NCBI GenBank assembly: GCA_037379345.1
Contig: CM074523.1
Coordinates: forward strand, 26,256,995 to 26,320,994
Direction: 5' to 3'
Length of the DNA: 64,000 nt
From: Perna viridis
Lineage: Eukaryota
Shown piece by piece: positions 1 to 9,818 of the stretch. A program made the translations under genes and the position numbers. The notes beneath the pieces were generated by a model, which saw only the letters and a program-made list of their open reading frames with translations, was not told the DNA's origin and ran no database searches. Each line of letters opens with the position of its first letter. The first letter of the stretch is position 1.

Positions 1-1170
1 AACATAAACGTCTCAAATTTGGTATCAGACGACAGATAAGATCATTTTCTACATAAATGAACCACGATAAACTAATTTGCAGAAAGGAATTTCAAAAAAT
101 ATTAAAAATATTACCCCTACCCCCAGACTGCTCTCTGTATCAAACATAATTCTCATTCACAGCATACCAACACCGTAAAATTAATATTTGTGGCATTCAT
201 AATTAAGATAATGATGAACGTGTCTGTTCAATTTAGACGCTTAAATTTTCTATTTGGGGTTTCAATTACTAAAAAATCGTAAAAAGGGTAATTTTCAGAA
301 TTTCTTCTTTATCATCCGTTATTGTGTAAAAAGTCTGAGTTTAAACAAGCTTTTGTGTGATACAGTTTAGGTGAAATATTGTCACCACTACCTATGAAAA
401 AATACCTCAACAAGAACCATAATTTAATTTTAAGCTTATCAACGGTGTACAACAGACATGTTTGGTACTATTGATTAAATCATCGATGTATCCAACATAT
501 TTGCTCATTTTAGTCGCGTATTTTTTTTTCAGTTTCAATGTGACAATAGTGTGACTTTCATATGAAGGAGAGTCTTCGGAATTTAATATTTTCTTCCATT
601 TCACCGGTAATTTGCATTTGCTTTTAAATATCGTACTTCAAACAAGCTTTTGTATGTCCAAATACAATTACATAGAGTAGTTTTAATAATATGAAACAAT
701 TGCCACCCCTATTATGAAACAATAGGCTTTCGAAGGGCCTGTATTACTCACCTGCCAAACCATACTTTATTAACTAAATAAAAAGGTATCAAGTTTTTTT
801 TACCATGTTTGACCCACAAATTGCTTAAAAAGAGCATATATTGATGAGTGGTGCATTGATGAAAAGGCATTGCAAAATGTTTGAAATGCCTTCAAAGTGT
901 CTTTAGAACCTCTGGAAAAAAATTTGGCAGGGGTCCCCTTATCCCTGTTATATCACCAGGGGGGTATGAATTCGCTATACGTTTGCTGAAAAAGAACATA
1001 AAATGAAGTTAAATCATGGCTATACAACATTTTCATCATCACCATTTAACGCCATACAATATAAACCAAATATCGATGAAATCAAAGCAAATGTAGGGAA
1101 AATGGCAGGAACCTTGAAAATTGCCGCCCAGAGCAAATTTTTATCATAACCAGTCAACTAGGAATACAAT

Positions 1171-1370
1171 GATTTGTTCAACGTGTCATAGTTTTCCTTT
1201 TCTCTTTCGTCTACTCAGGAAAAGCAAAGGACGCTTACCCTACCGGTCCATGCTCCCAGTTTTTAGTGGAGTCTGAGTTGCTCATTAACTTTTGTTACTT
1301 TGTATGTATTATTTTGGTTATTTTATGTTATTTGATGTGTTTGTCTTTTTTCCATGTCTTATGTGTTACC
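1171..1370 (+). mobile_element. 3' terminal fragment of a Penelope-like retroelement (end of ORF plus terminal module)
   Basis: 1171-1215 (gatttgttcaacgtgtcatagtt) matches the reverse complement of the ORF end of the decayed element near 4950-4972. It continues into the module gaaaagcaaaggacgcttaccctaccgg...gttgctcat that is shared with 4071, 25219 and 63840. Confidence 0.75.
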
Positions 1371-1702
1371 GCACATTTCTTGATACCATTGTAAAGCTGA
1401 GTAATTGGGCTATATGTTGATACCTATATATATCAATTTACTTTTTTCGTGTAGAAAGAAAAAGTTCGAAGAATAAAAAAAAAAGAAAGAAAATGGATTT
1501 TTGCCTCAACGAGGTATAAAAAATAGCCAAAAAATACAAAAATGCTCCAGTTTATGTTTTGGCGACAAAATGATTCGTAAATGGAAGTTATAAGGGTAGC
1601 TGAAAATCATATTTTGGTTGATGATATGGGTTGCGCGGAGGTTATATCAGCCCACTTACTAAAACTTCAAGTTTTGAGAACATTATGTATTTTTTGTTTC
1701 AG

Positions 1703-2154
1703 AATCTACAGATTTCAAATTTGTAAGGCGAGACGACAAAAACCTGATTTTATCCGATAGGGAAGCACACTTAAAAAATCCCTATCCATGTGCCGTTTGC
1801 TTTCTGGACAGTCCCTTACATCTAGGTGAATGCTACAACCTAGAATGCAGCATTAGTGATATAGGCGGTCTAAAGATAGCTTTGTCTATTGAGGATCCAC
1901 GAGTTAACTTTTCTAAACTACAGAAATACTATGATATTTCATTGTTAGAAACCATAATTTCAGAGCAAGAAATTCCTCAAAACTCAGATAGAATAAAACT
2001 CATGCTGTTGGATAATGGCACAGTGCGCATAATCCACGAGGAAAATTCAATAGTAAAAACAAAAACTAAAATTTCTAATGTTTATTGCATATTTGAACCC
2101 TATTTTGCTTATATTAGGTGCGTTTCAAAGGAGAAAATCGATTCCTTACAATAA
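1703..2154 (+). CDS. Terminal coding exon of a convergent gene with an NHR (neuralized homology repeat, SPRY-like) domain
   Basis: Acceptor tttttgtttcag ends at 1702. The frame is open from 1705 into ORF 1882..2154: STDFKFVRRDDKNLILSDREAHLKNPYPCAVCFLDSPLHLGECYNLECSISDIGGLKIALSIEDP...VYCIFEPYFAYIRCV. This fits the NHR pattern (N.ILS...A.....xVF...PL..GE...LRIG.T..DP). AATAAA at 2150-2155 overlaps the stop. Upstream exons were not identified. Confidence 0.65.
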
Positions 2155-2599
2155 AACGCAATGTGAGGTATCACTGAGAAAATAAGATTGCAAATTTTAA
2201 TTAATATTTTTAACATCTTTATTTCTGTTATGGTTTTGTGCGCTTCTTGTATAAATGCTGCTAGATTTGTTTCTTATGGGAGATACCATAATATTTTGTT
2301 AGAGTTGATCTAGTATTTCTTACAGTTCTCACATCGATAATTGACTTTGATTAAAAGTCATTTTTCAATATTTTCAAGATGTTTTATGTAGAAAAATTTG
2401 TTGACTTTAAGTAAATGACGGAAGAACTGAACAATCAGAAGGTTATAGATCAATTTTACGATGGTCAATATATGTTAAGTCTTTTGAAAGAGGTATTTGA
2501 TGATGAAAGAAAAAAATAAGGAATGGGACACAAGGATAATAGGGTCGACAAATTTAGATTGCCACTAAAAATAGGGAGGGATGGTTGGGCAATTTAGCC

Positions 2600-2906
2600 T
2601 CCTGTGGCGGAGCGCAAAGGTTCCTACTCCTATCGAATACCACAGCAAGATTCTTTAACGTTCAAGGAACATGGCGTTTTTCCCAACACGGTGCACCACT
2701 ATGGTTTGCGGTCAGGTTTTCCGTATTATAGCCTGAAAACCCCAGTATGTAACATGCCATTCCACCACCTGGGGCACACATCCCAATTGCTCTGTGGGCA
2801 GAACGCCTAACCCCCGGCTAGGTTTCTGAGCACTATTTAGTCGCCTTCTACAACAAGCTTAACGCTGCTGCAGGCCTATTGGTTTGACACCCGGACCTGC
2901 ACGGGG
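2600..2906 (-). mobile_element. SINE/RTE-derived interspersed repeat with a structured 5' head
   Basis: GC-rich island in AT-rich DNA. The minus-strand head CCCGTGCAGGTCCGGG...GCTTGTTGTAGAAGGCGACTAAA and the internal ACGTTAAAGAATC resemble mollusc SINE head and core sequences as I recall them. Confidence 0.55.
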
Positions 2907-4070
2907 TTATACTTTCAGTCGTAATTATCACCAAGTACATTTTATCACCTTTTTATGATACGAAAATTGAACCAAAATGTTCACATTTTGACTCCATAGT
3001 AACAAAGTCCAAACATCAATTAAATTCAAGTTAAATAAAATTAATATGAACACAGTAGTCATTTTGTCTTAACATATACAACCAACGGAAATAGGGGAAT
3101 TTTAATGTGCTAGCAACATCAGCCATAATGACACCCTGGAGTATAATACGAAAAAGATATGATAAAACTGTTTAAAGGGGTTTGGTATGTTCAGGATATA
3201 CATGTATCAAATTAAGCAATTGAAATACACCCAATGAAAGCAATCTGAATATGCATTATGTTTCGTGAAATGTGTGTAAACATGGGAAAGCGGAGAACAA
3301 AAATTTGGCCAAAGTGCGTAAATTTTGCCAAGTCGAAAAAAAAAACCACGATTTCAATTTTTCGTGTTGCAGGAGATTTCGACCACTCATACTTATTTTG
3401 TATTGATTAGTAGTATAAGGACATTGTCCTCTATAAATTTATTTAAATTTGGAAGAGACCAAATTACACCAAACAAATGTCAATTTGGTACCAAAACAAG
3501 GCCAGTTTTCAAAATTATAAGGTAAGTCAAAAATTATATCAACAAGAATTGTATTTTTACAACAATCTTTATACTTGGAAAATTAGTATCTTTGCCCATC
3601 AGTTTTCGAAAGTTTGTAAACAGCTTCACTCATCCAAATCCGTAAAAATGAATTTGTGACATTGAAAGCAAATTTACAGCATTAATTGTGGTCCTATTAA
3701 GATTCCATGTCAATGTCCGAGTATAGATACCAACACGATGACTTGGTCAATTACACCAGATATATTTTAAAGATTTGTAGGTTCCTTATCTGCATTCTAT
3801 ACACTTTTATTCTGAATGAAAATTTCCATTTTCTTTTGATCTGTGTCTGTTTAAATATATGTTGATCTTAACAAGATACCTTTTATCCTTGGTTACTGCT
3901 TTTTCAATACTTACCAACATAATATTACCCACGATACGACATGATATGTGGTCTACCATTTCAATATATGCGGGTTAATTGATGATTCATCCACTTTACT
4001 TTGTACACGATAAAAGTGATTTTTGATTGATTGTGTACATGTTATAATTGGCATTAACTAATGGGGGGGG

Positions 4071-4270
4071 GGGTTCTAGAAAAACAGATGATGCTTGTCC
4101 TACCGGTTCACCTGGTCCATGCTCCCAGGTATTAGTGGAGTCAAAGTTGTTTTTTTCACTTTTGTTACTTTATATGTATTATTTCGGTTACTTTATGTTC
4201 TTTGTTGTGTTTGTCTGTTTTCCATGTCTGGTATTGTCCCCCCTCCCGCATTGCATTCTCTTGACCATCA
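4071..4270 (+). mobile_element. Penelope-like element terminal module (solo copy)
   Basis: ttctagaaaaacagatgatgcttgtcctaccggttcacctggtccatgctcccagg...ttttgttacttt is similar to the copies at 1219-1370, 25250-25400 and the reverse complement of 63840-64000. Confidence 0.7.
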
Positions 4271-4904
4271 AAAGTACTAGTCTAAATCTCTTTCATACAA
4301 ATTAAAATTCAAACAAAATGTTGATAAATAACCCGAAACGAAGTCGAACAATGTGTGTTATAATATACTGGATGTCATCTTTCTACATCTTTATGTAAAT
4401 GTGCATACTATTAGAAAAAAAACTTAATTTTAATTAATTTAAAAATTGAATTATTGTGGGATTGTCGCAGTTCCTAAGAAAGTGAATGTCAAACTGGGTG
4501 ATAAATCGGGGTAATATATTATAAGTACCAATTGTTTTAGGGGATGGAGCTAGTAAGGAATGGATCAAAATAACACATCATGGTTACCCAATAGGTGCTT
4601 TGTATTAAGTATTATTTAGAGAGATATTTTATTGTAAAAACAGACATTTGATCTGTATAAACATATATTTATTTGTACAGACAGAAATTTTATTTGTACA
4701 TTCTTATATTAAAAATTATATCCTTATATAATTGTAATTTACATTTTATAATCATTTCTTGTGCTAACAATATCTGATTCTCAACACCTGGTCATTTCTT
4801 TTTGAATTGAAACTTTTACCAAAATACATTTTTCGTCAATTAAACTTTGTTGTGCACATTATCTTAATGTGGTTAAGATGTGTGAGCAACACGTCAAATA
4901 ATTC

Positions 4905-6780
4905 CTTGCTAACTAAAAGTAAAGTCCAGGATAGAAGAAAGAGGAAACGAACTATGACACGTTGAACAAATCAGTTTTCATGGTGCAGATGGATACACTG
5001 TAACGATCTGCGAGTTCATGATGACGACCATAAAAATTCTGTAGTGATAACTTCAATCTTGTAACAACATAACCCTGTTCCAGAAGCCTAATTGTAAGAA
5101 GTATATGGGATACAAAAAGTCTGCGTAGTTCTGGAATTGTATACGAGTTATGAGAACTCCATACGCGGGTGCTGAAGGGATGTTGCCATAGATGAAAGGA
5201 AAGTTGACAATACAGAATGAAGTCATCGTGTTTGTCGTATAGTTTATTTTATAGTTTTCCTTGACCATCGATCTCACAGTGTAGGTCAAGATATGAGGTT
5301 GACTTCGCGGTGTCTGTAGTAGCTTTTATCTTAAGTTCTTTGGGGGTAAATGCGATGTATCAGATTCCCGAATCTAGGATTGTTTAACGATAATACGTCA
5401 TCGATATTCCCTACTTGCGGAGCTCGGGAGCTCGGGATACAGCCATATTTTATCCTGTTTTTTTGCAGAGTAACCTCCCGTAAAAGCAGGTATAATTTCG
5501 AAGTCTCTCTAATCGATGTTCGGATTCGGGTGCAGAAAAAAGAGGTAACTCGAATGCAAATGGAATCTCCAGCAGACACAATAGTGTTTCTAAAATTTAC
5601 AGGGTGTTCCATTTTGTTGGTAGGTTACATAAGGATGATTTTCATACGTATCCCGGGTAAAGAAAATTTATGGCAGGGTCAGTAGAACGAGAAATTCACT
5701 TTTGACTTTCGTCGATATCGGATGGAAAACCTTAAGTGTTCCGAATAGACACCTGCTCCAAAGGGTGATAAATGTTGACAAAATGTTGGTCTGCAAGTCG
5801 GAATAGCGGAAACTGAGATTAAAGGATCTAGTAAACGATATTCTTGCTTTCGGATCAGATCAGCTACAAAATTAGTCTCATAAGAGCGAAGGAATAGGTT
5901 AGCAAGTAGAGGAGCACAATTTGTTCCCATTGGAATGCCGGCCGTTTGTTGAAAAACGCGTCCACTACACTGAACAAAGATGTTGTAAAAAAAATTCCAG
6001 CAATTTTAAAACTTCGGAAGATGATTTGAAATTATTTTTACTAAGTATGAGGAATCTCTACCAAGAACTCCGTACTTGTATCTAAGTGTACGTTCCTTTT
6101 TTGGAGTAACAATGATGTAATATGTTTTCGAGTCGAATTTTTTACTGAGTATGGGGAATAGAAGTAGAATGAGTTAAAAAATCATAGGTTTTAATGCTTT
6201 TATATTCTGATAATACATTTTAATTGAGCGTTTTCAGAAGATCTTTCGAATTTTTCAGGATTCACATTGATTAATACAATTACGGTAGTAACAAGTGCTG
6301 GGGTAGGACCGGAGACGCTCTGTGACAGCTACGAGTACAGAAGTTAAAGGTTTTGAAAAATGTGGTATAGCTATATAGTGTTGTTTGTATGGATTCTTGT
6401 GGAGTTTAGAAATCCAGTACATAGACGGTACATCACAATCATCATTGTAGAAAGACCAAAAGAGAATAGCACAGATTTATGGTTTTCCACTATCTCTTCT
6501 TTGGAGAGTGTAGTGGCAGTATAGGTCTTATCACTGCTATTATTTTCTACGTCTTCCTCTAATAACATTGGATGTTTTACGTTTCACAGACAAAAACGAT
6601 GCTGTTTTGGCCTTTGTTTACTGGTACAACAACATATTTGTCATGTAAAGTAGACAATGTTTTTGCAACATCGGGGTCTTTGAATTATACAAATTTAGGT
6701 TCCGGCTTAAAACTGGTATCACTGGATAGATATACTCTACTAACTTCAAATTACATTTACCACCAACGCCTGACTGGAAA
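4905..6780 (-). mobile_element. Decayed Penelope-like retroelement (reverse transcriptase remnant)
   Basis: Fragments across frames: VFNDPDVAKTLSTLHDKYVVVP, TYTATTLSKEEIVENHKSVL, GIPMGTNCAPLLANLFL, FRY/IDDVLSLNN, IYP, IVNFPF..GNIPSAPAYGV, FYGRHH. Many stops and frameshifts. Confidence 0.85.
5407..5803. mobile_element. ~395-bp TIR-bounded insertion inside the RT YIDD motif
   Basis: Ends ttccctacttgc and gcaagtcggaa are imperfect inverted repeats. Removing 5407-5803 restores TTC CGC TAT ATC GAT GAC (FRYIDD) on the minus strand. Confidence 0.7.
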
Positions 6781-7179
6781 GAGCTAATACCCATTCTGGG
6801 CCCTGGTTTTAGAGGGGTTGTTGCTTCTGGTTTTTGGTTTGTGTGAATGTACATTTAGGTCAATTGTGTTACACAAGTATCTTCTTAATGATCACTGATG
6901 TGTTTTGTCCAAGGATTTTCCTAATTCAACATTTTGGTACTTATCTATTCTTCATTTAACTTTACCATGCATCACCTAGGTAGATAGATTCTTCGGCAGA
7001 ATGGCCAAAGAAGAGGTAAAATTTGTTTTCAACATATTTTAACAAGCAATGAACAAAGGATGGTAAGTATTGCATGACAAGATGCCTGAGAACATGCAAC
7101 GCCCTTCTTTCTAAGTCCAATAAAACAAGAGTATTCTTTCCAGAAAACACTTTCCACTAAGAAATTAAATCCATAAAAG

Positions 7180-7561
7180 CAGTTTTTAAGTTATGATACA
7201 ACATGTGAGATAGGGTTTACTCAGTGATTTCTGTCAGTTTTTAAATTATGATACAACATGTGAGATAGGGTTTACTCAGTGATTTCTGTCAGTTTTTAAA
7301 TTATGATACAACATGTGAGATAGGGTTTACTCAGTGATTTCTGTCAGTTTTTAAGTTATGATACATGTAAGATAGGGTTTACTCAGTGATTTATGTCAGT
7401 TTTTAAGTTATGATATAACATGTGAGATAGGGTTTACTCAGTAATTTCTGTCAGTTTTTAAGTTATGATACAACATGTGAGATAGGGTTTACTCAGTGAT
7501 TTCTGTCAGTTTTTAAGTTATGATACAACATGTGAGATAGGGTTTACTCAGTGATTTCTGT
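7180..7561. repeat. 55-bp minisatellite, ~7 copies
   Basis: Unit cagtttttaagttatgatacaacatgtgagatagggtttactcagtgatttctgt, near-identical copies. Confidence 0.95.
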
Positions 7562-7614
7562 AAAGTCTTTTAAAAGATGCACAAATAAAATGAATAAACA
7601 GTTACTCTGTATAT

Positions 7615-7620
7615 TTTATT
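7615..7620 (-). terminator. SETD2: Probable SETD2 polyadenylation signal (implies a 3' UTR of ~2.05 kb)
   Basis: AATAAA on the minus strand, several TGTA elements upstream and a U/GU-rich tract (tgtttattcattttatttgtg) downstream. Confidence 0.6.
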
Positions 7621-8021
7621 GACCTCTCTGTATACACAGATACAAGGTACAATTAAACAAATAAAATACCATAAAAACATCTGTACAAAACTCTCATTTC
7701 TACACAATACATAAGATTTGTAAATTGGTAATTGATGAATGGAAATGTTAATTGTATCAATGACGATCTTGAATTCTAAAATTAATTTATCTAACCAGAG
7801 AAAGACAAATATTCTTTTTCACTTTATACCTGTTGCCCTACTCAATTATAAACATTAAGATCAGGTATATATCTAGGGTGACCTTACTTGAACTTGTTTA
7901 ATCAATAAGAATTATTGATTGCACAATTTTACTTTTTTTTCCATCAGTTGAATCTATAATATATGTTTACAAAAATAGCAGGACAATAGAATATGACTGA
8001 ATGCAAATTTCTGAAATCTAT

Positions 8022-8127
8022 TAAGAAATCTAACCAAATTAAACACACCTTTTATAGAGTAATCATGATAAACTAAGAAATCTAAGCAAATCAAACACAC
8101 CTTTTATAGAGTAATCATGATAAACTA
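8022..8127. repeat. 52-bp tandem duplication in the SETD2 3' UTR
   Basis: taagaaatctaaccaaattaaacacaccttttatagagtaatcatgataaac x2. Confidence 0.85.
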
Positions 8128-9659
8128 CCCAATCAATACAAAAACAATATATACTGTGACTTATTAAGTGATACTATAATGAAAAAGATAAAATTTCAAT
8201 TACAAAACCAAGTGAAAATAACAACAAAAAAAACATATGACACTAAAAAAGTGCAGAATTTCCTTATATGTAAAGCAAAACCTAAGCCTTAAACCCTCGA
8301 ACACTCACAATAAACCATTAATTCATTTCCCAAGGAACAGATACAATTATCAGAATAACAGTGATGTCATTATTAGAGAAAATTAAAAAAAAAACTAAAT
8401 GCCAATTGCATGAAGTTTCATATATATTTTAAAAAAAACCAACTAATTAATATCATCAACTTCTTACTTATTCATCAATCTCACCTTCCTAAACATTCAC
8501 TTCCACTATCAGGACATTGCATTACCTCGAAGCAATTTCACTTTTAAGGCAAGATTGTCTCCCTGCTTTCAAGTTTCAGTTGTTTAATAATGAGTAAATA
8601 CATTGGCTGAATTAATATATGAATTTGTCTTGTATGAATATCTTGATTAATGAACAGGTTTATGTTACGGGTAAGTATATAAGACATTGTATAAAAAAAC
8701 CATGATATTCTAAGAGAAAATGTCCCTATGAATACCAGTATTTAAAGCATAGTATTACTTCAAAATGAACATCACACAAAGATCAATGATATATCAGAGG
8801 AAACGCAAGCATAATTTAGTGTATAATACATTTGTCTCCCTTTTTTGTGTAGTCAAAGTCCTGTAAATCTGAAAAACAAAATATTAAAAAAAAATAAAAA
8901 AAGAAAGAAGAAAGCTTCCTCCTATGATAGTTTTTTTAAACAAAAAAATCCTCGTTGTTTTTGAGTTATTGTATGCCAAGTGGAGGGAGGCAGAAAAACA
9001 GCCATATTGAAAAATTGGTCATGTGGTCGGGATTTCTGTAAAATGTATGACACAAACTTTTTTATAGCACTAATCACAAAAACACAATGAATTATGGGTG
9101 TATACAAATAATATAGTTTGGATGCATGCAAAGGCAATAGTAAAAGAAACAAATCACAAAAAAAAATTTGCTCTAGAAATGAGCATAACATCTACTGAAC
9201 ACTTCTGATACCATGGATACTGAGTATTCAGTTACAAAGAGCAAAAATAATTTTACATGATTAAAAAGGCAAAATATGTTTTACAAGCTCCATATACAAC
9301 TACTCATTAACAATATATAAAATCTAAAATGGCATCTCACAAAGAGTTTTAACAATAACATTCAAGATACACATTCATCCACCAATATACATATAATCAA
9401 CTGCTGAGCAGTCTACCAAAGTATAGGTTTGTCTCTATTGCAAACCATTCATCAACATGATTAAATCTAGCTGCCCTTGGCATAGAGTTTCATCAATATG
9501 AGCTCTAAACTGTGAAGTACTCTACTAATCAGGAAAATACTGACAGTTCTCAAGAGTAATTGTCCTTGGTCTTTATCAGAGTTACTGCCTTCACTCAAGA
9601 TTTATTTCCCTTTACAAAAAAATTCTTCAATTCAGAGTTACTTCCCTTGACAGAACATT

Positions 9660-9818
9660 TCAATCATCAGGTGACGATGACTTTCGATACAAAGTTCCAA
9701 ATTTAGACATGTATTTTTTAACATAGTCCTTAGCCTTAGCTTTCACATTCTCATTCACTTCTAAGTCCTCCACGTGTCGACAATGTTTCAACTCCTTGGC
9801 CATCACATGATGAGTGAG
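9660..9818 (-). CDS. SETD2: SETD2 exon 25 (last; SRI domain C-terminal half)
   Basis: ttttgttcacAG|LTHHVMAKELKHCRHVEDLEVNENVKAKAKDYVKKYMSKFG...*; 159 nt. Confidence 0.95.
   Translation of the reverse strand, partial: LTHHVMAKELKHCRHVEDLEVNENVKAKAKDYVKKYMSKFGTLYRKSSSPDD

Noticed and set aside
4048-4305. Hydrophobic 85-aa ORF, and similar ORFs at 25232 and 60654
   Set aside because: Translations of T-rich transposon modules.
5331-5685. ORFs of 93 and 111 aa
   Set aside because: They span the insertion in the dead RT; only the IDDVLSLNN...IYP part is RT-derived.
6250-6275. In-frame TGA in the Penelope-like RT as selenocysteine
   Set aside because: It falls at the Trp of the MWILKNS block in a heavily decayed copy, and I recognised no SECIS.
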